A stretch of DNA of 64,000 nt, from the NCBI RefSeq assembly GCF_021028975.2, contig NC_059431.1, positions 88,784,001-88,848,000 of the forward strand, written 5' to 3'. Source of the stretch: Sphaerodactylus townsendi. Lineage: Eukaryota. The notes under the pieces were generated by a model, which had not been told where the DNA came from, ran no database searches, and saw only the letters and a list, made by a program, of their open reading frames with translations. Below, piece after piece: positions 25,184-38,211 of this stretch. A program made the translations under genes and the position numbers. Within the stretch, counting starts at the first letter, position 1. Every line of letters begins with the position of its first letter.

Positions 25184-25700
25184 ATATAGTGTGCAAGAAG
25201 ATCATGCCATCATGGTTCGTTACTACAACTCTGAGCTAGAAACAAAGAGGATACTTGAAGCGGATGTACAAACTGTGGAAACAACACTATCCCGATTCAG
25301 TTATCAGGGAAAAGATCATCCAGTAAGGACAATCAAATGAGGAAAGACAACGACTGCCAGCATTGAAAATGGTGCCCAAAAAGACCTGGCACCCATAATG
25401 AAGGATGTAAACATGATACTGATGACAATTGAAACAACTTCCATCAAACAAACCAATCAGTTCACGTATAGTACTGCAGTAGAGGTCACAAGAGAACAGG
25501 GCATTGAAATACCTAAACCCAAGATAAATCAACCTTCAAAACCAAAATGGAAAATTAGACTGAAACAGAATATCAAAAAACCAAGATTAGATGCCAGTAA
25601 CCTGAAAAATATGAAGGAACAAAGATTAAAGAATGGCAAGATCCTGAAAGAACTAATTAGAAGGTACTGGCTAGACACTAGCACAATTGAAGAAGCACTG
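24650..25700 (+). mobile_element. R4/Dong-clade non-LTR retrotransposon 5' fragment, interrupted by an L2 tail
   Basis: ORF 25398-25751 reads IETTSIKQTNQFTYSTA.EV..PKWKIRLKQNIKKPRLDASNL, resembling the pre-RT region of R4/Dong/Rex6 ORFs. A leader-like sequence starts right after an (ATC)n run. Confidence 0.6.
24900..25184 (+). mobile_element. L2 LINE 3' end with long (TAAA)n tail
   Basis: tgttgttcaccgcccagagcccc..gggcggtata followed by (TAAA)n. Matches the 3' end of the L2 at 47550-47624. The 5' boundary is approximate. Confidence 0.75.
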
Positions 25701-26419
25701 GTAGGATTGTTGAATCAAAGAAGGTGGCTGAAGCCCTGGCTTTATTTGTGATTAGATGTTTGTGGATGGCTGTATTTTAGGATCTGGATGGTCCTAGGAG
25801 GTGGATTATTGTTCTGCAAATCTTAATAATTATTGTCTGAATTTTGATCAGCACTGGGGATGCAAAAGAGACCAAGCCTCTAGAGGAACCTGGCAACTTC
25901 CTTGTGAATTTATTGTTCTGATTACCTGTAGCCTAATATTAATATCTCAGTTTTAATATGAAACATGGAGTCTCTCCTGTAATTCAGTATGATGCCTAGT
26001 CTGAGAGGAGGTGACCCAAAAACATGGCTCCTGAGCCAGATCTGCTTTCAGAGATTATACAAGTTGCCTGTGGGAACTATTTTGTAAATACAAAAGGGAA
26101 GCCACAACCTCTTTCCCCTAGAGGAAAAGAAACTCCACTCTTTATTTTCTCCTTACCACTTGCCAACTTTGAGATATTTAATAAAGGTTTAAAAAAATAT
26201 TGCAAAGTGACTGTTTAATTTTTAAAAAATGATGTTGGTGCTTTCTCAATAAGACAGAGCTATTCTACCAGGCCTATAGTTGAGGGCAGCAATGGGTTCC
26301 ATTGGCCTCCCTGCCTCTATTCCTCTTTCTTTCCCTTTCCCCATTCCCTTCCATTAGACTTCATTCCCCTTAGTTACAATTATGTTATGGCACAATTGAG
26401 GATTGACAAATTGTACTGG

Positions 26420-26510
26420 GTTTTAAACTGGTTTTCTGAAGGCTGCCCTGAGCCCGTCATGGGAAAGGGAAGTGTATAAATAAAATAATGCATAAATAAA
26501 TAATAAAAAT
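26420..26510 (+). mobile_element. L2-type 3' tip, diverged
   Basis: gctgccctgagccc..gggaaaggg..gtataaataaa followed by an A/TAAA-rich tail. Confidence 0.5.
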
Positions 26511-27974
26511 ATATTCAAGCATGTCTAGAAGTTTGAAAGAAGGAGTTCCCCCCATCATTACCCTCTGTCATTTCCCATCCCAAGAAACTTCTGCTGCAGC
26601 TCTTTCCTGATCTGCTCAATTGGTTACAGTAAGAAGCAGCCAACATTAAATACATCTAATTTGCATTTATCCCTGATGCTTTGTGAAGTTAGCTTCGGGG
26701 GTGTCATAAAATGCATATAAAACATTTATTTCATGCAAGTTTCTTTGCTTGTCTCTGTAACTGCTGTGGCCAGCAATTATAAGAGGGAGGGGAATTGTGC
26801 CAAAATAACCTTGAAGTCTTAGGTTAAAATGGTAGACGTATTTGTTTAGCAACACTAGTCATTTGTGAGGTACTTGGCTTTGGCTTTAGTTAAAACTATC
26901 AAGGAAGCCTCCAGAACTTCCCAGAGTACATCTTCTAATGGGAGGTGGAAGTAGACAAGAAAAAAAAAAGGGTGATCACGTATATGTGCCTACAACCACA
27001 CCTCTATTACCATGGTACTCCAAGTGGTCACTTGAGCGGAGAATTGGTCCAGAAGTTGCAGAGGAGACTGCTAAACTTGCCATGCATGGTGTCTTCCCTT
27101 TCAATCTATTCATGAGACTATGAATGTGAGAGAGTGACTCTGCCCAGGAATATTTCAGATCATAGGTTACAAGGCTGTCAGGAGCAAGATTAAGGTGAAG
27201 ATGATCATAGAATGAGAGCTAATCTAAAGGCATACAGGCTGTCCACTGAAATAAAACATAATGGGGGAAAATCAAACATATATGTTGTCCAGAACTGAGT
27301 CAAAGGGGCAGAGGTATCTATCATTCTTGTCTTGGCAAACGATGCTATCCATGAGATTTTAAGCAGGCCCTAATTGCAATCAGTCAACCTATGCGGAAAT
27401 GCTTACATATATAGTTGTGAAAACTTCATACATTGTTGCAGCTTTACTTCTCATTACGACAGCACCTGAAGAAAACAGATTTCTGTCTGGGAGCTGGTGT
27501 AAGTGACCCCTGAAGGCTCAGGTCGAATTCATACCCCTGTCTATGAGTGCTTTGAAGGCCTGAAGTAATGAGAATCCAGTCATGGATCTTTCTGTAATGT
27601 GAAGTTTGGCCCTTGAAACAGAAAGCCTACTTTAATGTTGTATCTTTTGATGAATTATTGTATCAAGCTGATACTTCAGCTTGTAAAAATCAATAAAGGA
27701 ATGGTAATGGAAACACTTGATCGAGAGATTCTCCATTTCATTTCATTGATGGAAGCTGTTCTGATTATGTTTCATTTACCCTTGTTTGATGATACACCAA
27801 TATGAATCTTGGAAAGAAAACCATTTTTTAAATCCTTCAGACAGTTTTTATTACAAAGCACAGATTCTTGATGAACAGTAAAAAGGGACGTAGTGATGCA
27901 TTTTGATATGCATCATGTTTATAAGAATACTTCTCTGCTTCTTTTGTTTCTGTGGCACCAGCTTAAGGAACTCA

Positions 27975-28114
27975 GGCTGATTCCGCATGGTTCAAAAACA
28001 GTGGTGTGAAAACCGTGTGAAAACAGTATAAACCCTTTTACACCATTTTAAATCCTTTTACACCATTTTCACACCGTTTTCAAACTGCTGTTTTTGGCCC
28101 ATGCGGAATCAGCC
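27975..28114. mobile_element. PIF/Harbinger-type MITE
   Basis: Perfect 16-bp TIR ggctgattccgcatgg...ccatgcggaatcagcc, with further internal inverted symmetry. Confidence 0.8.
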
Positions 28115-28898
28115 TTCGTTTAAGGAACGTAGCTCTTCAGCTCAGTCCTATAGAAAAGACTACCCCTGGTAGATTATTCTGTAAGTGCTATGAAGATTGA
28201 GCTGCTCTGATAGGACATGGAGCAAACACTATTCATGTTTCAAGGACAGCTGTTAAGCTCCCCCCCCACTGCCCCCACTGTTGCCCCTTGCTATGACACA
28301 CTTACTGTCTGCTCCCTTGCTCTTAACCTCCTCCCACTATGGTAAAGGTAAAGGCAGTGTGATTGAAGCATACTGCCCACACACTTTGCCCCAGGTGGCA
28401 GTGGGTGGCAAGTATGGCCAGTGGGTGGTAATAGGCAAGAGTGTGTTGGGGATGGGAGAGGGGCATAGGCAGGTATCAGAAAGAGGGTATGATGGAGTCA
28501 CAATGGTGGTGGTGGCAGCAGGTGGCAGGTACTGTCTGTTTAGGAACACCTGAAACTTGCCCTTTTGGGACAGATAAAAACCATCCCATACAATGCAATT
28601 ATTCCACAGTTTCCCTGTAGCCACTGGTGCAGCTATTTCATGGCACCAAAAGATGCAGACATGTGCCTCTCTGAGCATGAGTCACTTGCATGGAATCATC
28701 TGCTTTTTGATACTTAGGAGGGATGAGTGACTCCCTTCTGAACTTACTTGACAATTGAGTTTGTCCAAAACGGCAGTAACTTAGAAGTTGGGGAGGCAGA
28801 GATGGATGAGGGGAGATTCTCTTCCCACCTGTGAGCTGTTGTCCAGCCACCACTGCCATACAGATGTATCCACAGCTACTGCAAAGCAATAACAAAGT

Positions 28899-29105
28899 AT
28901 TCTAGTAGCATTTTCTCCTGAAGTTTCACCTGCATCTGAGGCTGGCATATTCAGAGGATCTGTGGCTGGCTTCAGAGTTCCCCTGAAGATGCCAGGCACA
29001 GATGCAGACAAAATGTCAGGAGAAAATGGTACTAGAACATGGCCATACAGCCAGAAACCATACAATACCATAGTGATTCTGGCTGTGAAAGCCTTCAACA
29101 ATACA
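28899..29105 (+). mobile_element. Penelope-like element terminus with inverted partial duplication and degenerate hammerhead core
   Basis: 28899-28961 is an inverted copy of about 28981-29037. cctgaagatgccagg..gatgcagacaaaatgtcagg resembles the CUGAnGA...GAAAC hammerhead carried by Penelope termini. Ends gtgaaagccttcaacaataca. Confidence 0.7.
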
Positions 29106-30052
29106 GTAACAAAGTAACTGAGGTGGTGGGAGACAGAAGTCAAAAAGGATGTAATTCAACTCTGTGGAGAGAAAGTATGGGAGGGGGCAGGAAATTGGAG
29201 GTACAGGCAGGCAACTTTATTTCCTGGGTAGGTAAATGGGAGGTTTATTGGCAGTAGCTTTCCAGAGGTGCAGGCCTCATGCCAGATATGGATATAAACA
29301 AATGCTAGTACTCATATATAAGGTTGCACCAATTTCCACCCGTGCCCTCCCCCTGTAGTTACCTGCTAGGCTGTTTATGAGGGCCCATTCTCTCTTTCTC
29401 TGGCTGAGTTGAATGGGCCAAAGCATGAGGAACAGGAGTTGGGTGAGCTCCAAATGGAGGTGCAGGGACTTGGTACTGGTGAGTACTGTCACAAAAGAGA
29501 CCAGAATGTATATGTGGCTTTTTTGGTTGACAGTAATTGTAATTGTAGCTCTCCATGAGCTGCAAAGGGAGTACCACTTCCCTAGAGCTTGATATGGTTC
29601 AATACAAAACTACATATGGCTCTTCAAAAAAAAAAAAGGCATATTATAAGTTAAGGAGGCTGGGTAGCTTGCCAGAACAAACCAGTACAGGAAGGGAACA
29701 GCATGCAAAGATTTTTATGGGACTAAACAGCTTCTTAGAGATACTTTGAAGAAAGGGAAATGATAGAGGTGAATAGATGCCAGTAACCTGAGTGTGGACA
29801 ATTCACAGATTTACACCAGAACACTGAACCAATCACACAGAACTCACAACCAGTGTCTCAGCTGTGGATATATTACCAATCAATCAACAAATCAATTATC
29901 TGTAATGTACAATTTTTTGTTATTTATATGGGTTTGTCTTATTCTGGCTTTTTGTTGATCTCTCGCTCTGAATTTGATGTTGTTTGGCTCTTTAGTTGTA
30001 GGATATGGAAGTTTCAGAATAATTTCAGATTTTTTGGACTATCCGGATAACA

Positions 30053-30156
30053 GAGACTTGAGACTAAATGGGACATACAAATGTTCCCTAAAAGAGCTTC
30101 CCTAAAAGAGACTTGAGTCTAAATGGGACATAAAAATGTTCCCTAGAAGAGCTTCT
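30053..30156. repeat. Tandem duplication (about 56-bp period)
   Basis: gagacttgag[a/t]ctaaatgggacata[c/a]aaatgttcccta[a/g]aagagctt occurs twice. Confidence 0.9.
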
Positions 30157-30719
30157 TTTCTGTGCATGATACATAGTAATGTTCTTCCATTATACTTAAC
30201 AGCTTCCAAATTTTGGGTTGACACATATAAGCCTATCATGATTCAGGCTACAAGTAGCTCCATACCCTTCAAACAGATTGCAAACCCCAGGGCACTTATG
30301 ATGAAAATAATCCTGCTGCTTTGTTATTCATTTTTTAATGTCATAGTTGAAATTCAGTTCAACTGCAAGCATTGGGTTGCTTTCATGATGTGTTGATGGG
30401 CCCCCGTGAGGGCTATGAAATGTTGGGAAAGGTGCTGGGTTTCAATCCTCCTGCTTTTGTGGATTGGTCCTTGAAGGATTCAGCATTATGCATTGCTTTG
30501 TTTTTGATTTAGTGTTGTTGTTTCATTTTTGTAGAAATTTGTCATGGATGTCACCCTAGGAAAAGGAGAATGAAAAAGTGATTTTGCTTCCCACTTCAAA
30601 GGATTATTGGTGGTGTTTACAGAAATGCAGCCAATGCATCTAGAAATGCATCTAGAAATGCAGCCAATGAACAACCCCCACTCCCCACACACACATACAC
30701 CTCTTACCAAATGTTTAAT

Positions 30720-31450
30720 ATAGACACTAATGCTGACACAAATGGGACGTCATTTCAGAGTCCATTTACAGGCACTTCAAGAACCATCCTTGCCTTTACC
30801 AAATCTCTTGCATATTTTCCAGTCCAGGGAGTGACAACTTGAATTGCATAGGATATTTCCAAGCTCAAACCCATTTTCAAGGGAAAGCCAAAAACCTCAA
30901 GGTTTATGTACTAAAAACTCAATTCAACAGCCTCCAGAGCAGAGACATAGATGTTGCAATGGGTTTGATCTGTCGCCTAGATGACTTTCCACTAGAATTG
31001 GGAACTTTACAAATACCTTCTGTCAAAATACAGCTAAAAGACAATGTTACACCCTACGGTGTCAGCACTGCTAGGTACATATCAGTACCTTAGCTTCCAA
31101 AAATGAAAGTTGAATTGCAGAATGGTTTGCTGAGGAATGATTGAGCAAATTACAGACTCTACAGATTGGTGGGTTCCGATGGTGCCAGTACCCTAAAAAG
31201 ATGGTTCAGTGCATATCTGTGTAGACTTAAAACAAGTTGTCAAGTGTGAACACTTCATTCTTCCAATCATAGATGACGTACTTCCAAGACTAGCCAGTGC
31301 CTGTGTCTTTTCACTGCTGGATGCTGCAAGTGGATTTTGGCATATTTGCTTGGAGTCTGAAAGTGCAAAACTAACTTTCATTACTCCTTTTGGCCAATAT
31401 TTTTTCACAGATTGCCATTTGGACTTTCCAGCACTCCAGAGTTATTCCAG
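30720..31450 (+). mobile_element. Ty3/Gypsy pol fragment (protease-RT junction and RT N-half), decayed
   Basis: TDWWVPMVPVP, KDGSVHICVDL, EHFILPIIDDVLPRL..VFSLLDAASGFWHI.L..ES.KLTFITPFGQYFF (ORF 31209-31589). Upstream IQLKDNVTPY..AR.I.VP. Confidence 0.85.
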
Positions 31451-31606
31451 AGATATGACCCACCAGTTACAGTGTGCAAACCAGTACAGATGCCACCATA
31501 TTTATGCTACTGCTAAGTATCTACAACATATGCATCAAATGTCAAGTGCTTTAATTATAACTAAAGTGCAAAGAGTGAACAAAGTGTAAAGTGCAAGAAA
31601 CAATAA

Positions 31607-32348
31607 CAACATAAGAAAGAGCCTGCTGGATCAGACCAGAGTCCATCTAGTCTAGCACTCTGCTACTCACAGTGGCCCATCAGATGCCTTTGGGAGCTCA
31701 CATGCAGGATGTGAAAGCAATGGCCTTCTGCTGCTGCTCCTGAGTACCTGGTCTGCTTAGGCATTTGCAATCTCAGATCAAAGAGGATCAAGATTGGTAG
31801 CCATAAATCTACTCCTCCATAAATCTGTCCAAGCCCCTTTTAAGGCTACCCAGGTCAGTGGCAATCACCACCTCCTGTGGCAGCATATTCCAAACACTAA
31901 TCATGCATTGCATGAAGAAATGTTTCCTTTTATTAGTCCTAATTCTTCCCCCCAGCATTTTCAATGTATGCCTCCTGGTTTTAGTATTGTGAGAAAGAGA
32001 GAAAAATTTCTCTCTGTCAACATTTTTCTACCCCATGCATAATTTTAAAGACTTCAATCAACCCCCCCCCCCCTTCAGACATCTTCTCGCCAAACTAAAG
32101 AGTCCCAAACTTCAGCCTCTCCTCATAAGGAAGGTGCTCCAATCCCTCAATCATCCTTGTAGCTCTTCTGTGCACTTTTTCTATCTCTTCGATATCCTTT
32201 TTGAGATGTGGCAACCAGAACTGAACACAGTACTCCAAGTGTGGTCGCACCACTGTTTTATATAAGGGCATGACAATCTTTGCAGTTTTATTATCAATTC
32301 CTTTCCTAATTATCCTCAGTATAGAGTTTGCCTTTTTCACAGCTGCCA
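31607..32348 (-). mobile_element. CR1 LINE 3' fragment (different subfamily from 12001)
   Basis: AAVKKANSILRII..MPLYKTVVRPHLEYCVQFW.PHLKKDI..EKV.RRATRMI.GLEHLPYEERL (ORF 32095-32469). The 3' end is aacataagaaagagcctgctggatcagacc. Confidence 0.9.
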
Positions 32349-32958
32349 TGCAGAGGCTTCTGTGGCATGCGCCCCAAGCCTGCCCCAAGCCTCTTATGGA
32401 GGCCCCCATAGGCGGGGAGGTCCGGCATGCAAGCTCACCCCCCCAAAAAAGATGCACTCCTCTGCCCAAACCGTCCCACAGGGCTGCGATGATAAAGCTA
32501 AAATCCCATCCCTAGCTTCAGGGAGGGCGGGTGGGTCAGTTCGCTTCCAGGTGTCGAAAAAGGGGCCAGAGCAACCGCGTGCTGCCTTATATAGGGCGCA
32601 TGCTCCACCCTAATGCCCACATGCACCAGCACACCCCTTCCTGGGTGGTCAGATGCAGCTGCCCGGCCGGCCAGCCCAGAGTCACGCATGCCCCTCTTCT
32701 GGAGCTCTTACCATGTGCTCTGCCCCCTGTCGCAATTACATGGCTCGTTGATTCTAGTGCCGTGATATATATCGACTGATGTGTGGATAGTAATGGCAAC
32801 CTATTATAGGGCAGAATAATTCCCAGGTGCTATTGGGATGCATGGTATTCTAATTATCACCTCAAGTTATGATGTCAACCTCTTTCTTTATATATCGTAA
32901 TTATTCATATTGTCATTTAGATAACTGTAATTTATTATATATTCAAAAGAGGGGAAGA

Positions 32959-33155
32959 TGTGGTGATGTGCGCCTTTAAGAGTTTGAATTGATGGGTGGA
33001 GTTAAGAGACCTGGGGAAAAGCAGTTGGAGTTGGAACTGAGACCTGAGACAGCTAAGGCTGAGAGCTTCCAGTTAGTTAGCTGCTCTAATAGTTATTGTT
33101 AGCCTTAAATAAACTTGCTTAAATCACTACAGTTGTCCTGCTACCCACCATAACA
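32959..33155 (+). mobile_element. Probable short 3' LTR preceded by a polypurine tract (may belong to the Gypsy fragment at 30720)
   Basis: aaaagaggggaaga|TGTGGTG...AATAAA (near 33109)...CATAACA. No matching 5' LTR found. Confidence 0.45.
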
Positions 33156-33800
33156 AAGGGGCTTCTCTCTCTCTCTCTCTCTCAGGTAATTGCTGCAGCC
33201 ACCTGAACTTTTGTTGCCATTGTCTACTAGGAGGGGTAGGACCCCCCAGCTGTTCTTCCAAACATTGAGGCCTTGTCTCAGTGTTTCCTGCTTCCCTATT
33301 CCTGGGCACTATGAGACAATGTATTCACTGGAGGAATATCCTCTCACCAGTTACCAGCTTTCCCCCTCCTGGAGCCCACTTTTTAAAAATAATATGCCCA
33401 AGACAGTGGAGGGCTGTATGGTACAGAGAACCTCTACCAGCATCTAAAGTTTAAAAGTATTTACTAAAACGATAATGTTTACAAGCATACTTTTAGCTCA
33501 GCACCAGAATGAGCAAGGGATCCAAGAGAAATGAGAGAAATGCAGTTCCTCTGACCTTCTTTCTATGCATGTTCTGTCAGAATGTAGGAGTAGCTCTTAA
33601 ACTAAGGATGTTAGAGATCTCTATAGAGTTTCTATTACCTAGAAATCTGCTTCAGCACACTGGGACAACACATGGTCAAAATGGCTACCTTCTCCAGATC
33701 TCAAATAAGAGTTCTGAGAGATCCAGCAAAGAGCTTCCTTCTAGCTCCCTGTAGTTTTATTCATTCCCTTTCTCCACCTACTGACCAGGTCAGCCTAGAT

Positions 33801-33948
33801 CAGGGGTAGGGAACCTGCGGCTCTCCAGATGTTCAGGAACTACAATTCCCATCAGCCTCTGTCAGCATGGTCAATTGGCCATGCTGGTAGGGGCTGATGG
33901 GAATTGTAGTTCCTGAACATCTGGAGAGCCGCAGGTTCCCTACCCCTG
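33801..33948. mobile_element. 148-bp palindromic hAT MITE
   Basis: Exact TSD gcctagat at 33793-33800 and 33949-33956. Confidence 0.95.
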
Positions 33949-35104
33949 GCCTAGATCAAAGAACGTTTTCCTGAATCTCCAGGAATTTCCTTCTCAAAGT
34001 ACTTTCTAGCAATTTGGAACTTCTAAATCTCTGATCCCTGCTTGGAGAAAGGGGAGAGAATTTAACCCATCCCACTGACTCTTGTTTCCTCTGTTAGCAT
34101 TTCTAAAAAGGTGGCAGATTGAGGCTGGAAAGCAATTGAACTGACTTCCCTGATCCTCATGCCCAGAAGGGAAAAATGCTTAAAATGTTCCCTTCAAATC
34201 TCAAGTGGAAACCAGCCATTTCTCCACACACTCTAAGAAGACTGCTTTCCTTTTCTGATTTTACTTTGCCCTCCCTCACCCCCATCCCCCCCCCCCACAC
34301 ACACAATAGCCACCAAAATATGTGTATGTTGTTGCAGGAGTTTTATGGCATTTCAAGATGTGAAGGTCTGTGGATTGCTGTTTTCCTAATCCTTGTGATT
34401 TTCAACATTGTGCACTGACAATTCCATTTCCCCCCACCTGCAAAACAGGATTTACATTTCCTGGCTGTAAATAAGTAGAGGAGTGGGTAACAAAATTCCC
34501 ACCTCACAGAGTGTAGCCATGGTTACCTCCAAAATAGTATGTGTAATTGGTTGACCCAACCACATTGGAGGTTCAAAAAAGGATGGGTTGACTATTGGGT
34601 ACCCTGAAGAAATTGCCTGCAAATGACTGGCTGGGATTGCATTGTGGCATCTCATTGGCATTCAGCACCATGACTGTCGCATCAAGGAGAGAAAAAATTA
34701 CACTAGAGACAGCAAGGTAGAAAAGGTAAAAGGTGAACACTGAGAATTAGCTTTGCTGCAGACTCCTTTTGAAAACAGACTTACAGATAGTTAAAGAATT
34801 GTGAGTTGGAAGTTCTACAGGGATGTGAGAAGGCACCTGGGGCTGCTTCTTATGTCATATGTGTGCACATCTCCACATTCCACTGTTCCTAAGCAGAATG
34901 TGCCCCAGTAATGAAGAACTCATTGCATTAAAGAACAAATCATGAATTTGTTTTCTGCAGCATGGTGTGAGGCTGGAAATGTATTTTCCCTCTTGATACT
35001 TCTTTACAGAAAGTGAAATGGGCAGTGTATGGTTTGTGGTATATACATGTAGAAATTCAAAGATGTTTTTAAAGTGAATCTTTTCTGGTCTGTCCTGCTC
35101 TGGA

Positions 35105-35306
35105 CAGGGAGGGAAGGCAGCATGGTATAGCCTGATCTCATCACATCTCAGAAGCAAAGCAGGGTTGGTGCTTGGAAGGAAGATCTCCACGGAATGCTTT
35201 GCAGAGGAAGGCAATGGCAAACCGCTTCCATTTCTCCCTTGGCTTGAAAGTCCCTTGCTGGGGCTGCCATGAGTTGACTGTGATTTGATTGCACGTTACA
35301 CACACA
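35105..35306 (+). mobile_element. 5S rRNA-derived SINE with RTE/BovB-type tail
   Basis: cctgatctcatcacatctcagaagcaaagcagggt resembles 5S rRNA CCCGATCTCGTCTGATCTCGGAAGCTAAGCAGGGT. Then gaggaaggcaatggcaaacc and a (CA)n tail. Confidence 0.75.
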
Positions 35307-36365
35307 GAGAGACACTGCTCCAGATGGTGAGTTTTAGTTCTTATGCTTCACCTTTTATCCAAAATATCAGTGAAACCTTTTTCCTCAAACAAGAGCTTTA
35401 GACCTTACATTGCACCTATGTTTGTCAATTTTGTTGTTCATGACATATGACATGTTTTAATTCTACTTGAAAACAATGCCTCTTTCACTATGTGTTTGCA
35501 GCCTGGAAAATACAGGCTATGTATGGCCACTCCTGCATGCACATTGATTGAGCATAGTGCCAGGATATGATGCACTCTCAGGCAGTGGGTCACCTTGTTA
35601 GAAGCTTGCATTCTTAGGCACGGAGCCCTTGGTAGCTGGCCAAGCATGCTGCTCATGCATGGTGACCCTGATTTGAAGTTTCAACATGTGCTCAGCAGTG
35701 GACACTATCAAGGGAAAGAGAATTCACTTGGTCTTTAGTTCCCAGAAGTCTCACATTTTGGCTGGCATTTCTGAACTCATCCTTCGTGTTGCTGCAGTTG
35801 CACTATTTTGAGCTCACAACTTGGGAGTCTTGGAACATATACCTGGTATAATGCACAAATGGAAGCAAAGCAGCCCCTCACAGCAGGTTCTCATGGAAAG
35901 GAAAACTTTGCACCCCGACATGCTTCATTTTCAGCGTACCCACAACTTATTTGATCTTCATTTCTCTCCATCCTTTCCAAAGTAACTACTTTTTCTTTAC
36001 ACAGGAACATATTGACCCACTGCCTCCCCATGGAAGGGATCACCTGTTGCAAATTGTTTCATTCAAGAGAGCAAGCTGACCAGAGGTTTCCTAAGAATCA
36101 TCTTTCGTTTGAAGATACACTCTAGCCATTATAGAAATTAACATTCTTTTGTCAGATCAGATGATGCTTCAGACAAAACCAGGGTGATTAACCTTTTCCC
36201 AATAACTGGCAGTAAATTTATATTGTCATTAACTCACTTTTCAAGTTTTTACATTAATAACTGATCCACCATGTGGACAGTTATTACTTGTTCTTGTTCT
36301 TACAGTGCCCCACTGTAAAAGCAGCCTCATATGTAAAAAATGGTGGACTACACAGTGAAACCAGG

Positions 36366-36745
36366 AGGGAAAGTGGCATGATATAACTTGATCTTGTCAG
36401 ATCTTGGAAGTTAAGCAGGTCAGTAATTGGAAGGGAGAGCTCCATGGAACGGTCTGCTGAGGAAGGCAATGGCTCCCTACCATCAGGGACGGAGCGAGGG
36501 GGGAAAGCGCCCGGTGCACTGGTGCATCCTCTGCCCCTGCCACTCCCCATCCCACCCTGGAATGCCCCTGCCATGCCCCCGGAATGCCCTCACCACACCC
36601 CTGCAGGGGCGCACACCCAGGGCGGTGCGCACCACCCTCTTCCCCTTGGAGCTACGCCTCTGCCTACCATTGCTTCTCATTAACCTTGAAGGGTCCATGT
36701 TGGGGTTGCCAAAAATCACTTGTAACTCTATGACACTTGTGTACC
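36366..36745 (+). mobile_element. 5S-derived SINE interrupted by a hAT MITE
   Basis: gatcttgtcagatcttggaagttaagcagg..gaggaaggcaatggc, then the MITE, then tgcttctc..ccttgaa..ggggttgcc. Confidence 0.7.
36484..36662. mobile_element. GC-rich hAT-type MITE
   Basis: Termini cagggacggagc...gctacgcctctg. Exact TSD cctaccat at 36476-36483 and 36663-36670. Confidence 0.88.
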
Positions 36746-38082
36746 TACGCAGTGAAAAATTTCATTTAGCAAAGAATATTTTTTTCTCACCAGAAACTCT
36801 TGACTTACCCACTGGGCTTCACTGAGGCTCCCAATGTGATATTTACCAGGTTTATTCATTATCTAAGGTTCTGGATGAAGATAGTCTGAAGTGTCTGTGG
36901 GCTGAAATTGTTAGACAATGAAGAAAAGGAAAGGGTACAATCACCATAATCTATGCCTGAGAATAAGGCCTAGTTGCTTAGAATTTCACCTGGTTCACCA
37001 TCCATTTAAGCTCGTTTCAGTTATTACAGTTTTGGTTCTGCAAGTATATGTAAGGGTGGATGGCACCACTTGAGATACTCCTGATAGGTGCTGACACTAT
37101 TTTGTGTGAATAGGGTAATGTCTATATTTTCCAGCTTCAGTGCATGTGAACCTCTTGCCTCAAAACTCTGGATTTCTGATTGTGTATACCAACACTGGAA
37201 AATATGGGTATCATCCTATGTACAAAAATGGCAACCATGTATCAAGAAGATGGCATGTTACACAGTCTTTCTATGCATGGTTGGATGATTGTCAGAATAT
37301 TAAAAACTGAACCGGGCTTAATTGATCCTGTTATGCTTTGTTCTAAAGAGCTAGCTAACATCTCCTATCTTTGTACAGGAATTTATCGAATATAATGAAA
37401 TCATGTAGCTTTATCAAGGTACCTGTGATCTCGCACTACACTGTGTGTTCTTCTTGTCTCTGAACACATTTGTCTTTGTAAGCGTATCTTCACCAAATTA
37501 CCATAATTAAAAATAAAGGGAGTTGAGGAAAAAGGTTTTACTGTTAGAATCCAGGAGCACTGAGGGAAAGAGAAACGTATTAGTATGTGCTGTGCACATG
37601 TAAGAATGAAACTGTAATTAATAGCTAATGAAACATTTCAGCTATGCTAAAAGACATTTGAAAGCAAAAAATGCAGGAAAATCTTATTTTCAAATGTTGA
37701 GTTGTGTCACAGATATTTGTATTCTTGTAAAAAAAAATCCTTCTACATTAAAAGCTTAGGTTTCCAGTGGCCAGTTCTTTGAAGATAGAAGTTTTTATTT
37801 AAAGAAAAGGGATTTTAGGTCCTTATTTATGAATATAGATGAATGTGATTCTATTACTTAGTTAAAAACCATCTGACCAAGGCTACTTCCTCCCAGTCCT
37901 CCAAGTTGTTAGACTTCTTAAAGTGAACTGATTGGAAAGGGTATGCTTGTTCAGAAATGAGAGTCACTGTTTTGAAGTAAAGCCTGACCTATATAAGATT
38001 TCAACCATTGAAAGCCAAGCTTATGTAGAGGACAGGAAACCAGCTAGATAGTTCTGGTTCAGCTACTTAGGAACCTTTAAAA

Positions 38083-38211
38083 CAGGGGCCTCCAACCTAT
38101 GGCCCTCATTGACAGCAATTCCCATCAGCTCTACCAATTGGCCATGCTGGCAGGGGTTGATGAGAATCACAGTCCATGAACATTTGGAGGGCCATAGGTT
38201 GGAGACCCCTG
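38083..38211. mobile_element. Older palindromic hAT MITE of the same group
   Basis: caggggcctccaacctatggccctc...gagggccataggttggagacccctg with an internal deletion. The TSD is degraded. Confidence 0.8.

Noticed and set aside
29774-29791. 18-bp exact match (tagatgccagtaacctga) to 25588-25605
   Set aside because: The similarity does not extend on either side, and a single match of this length in an AT-rich 64-kb window is not compelling.
37379-37418. Exon-like segment tttgtacag|...|gtacct
   Set aside because: Weak donor, 40-nt length, two frames closed and no recognisable peptide.
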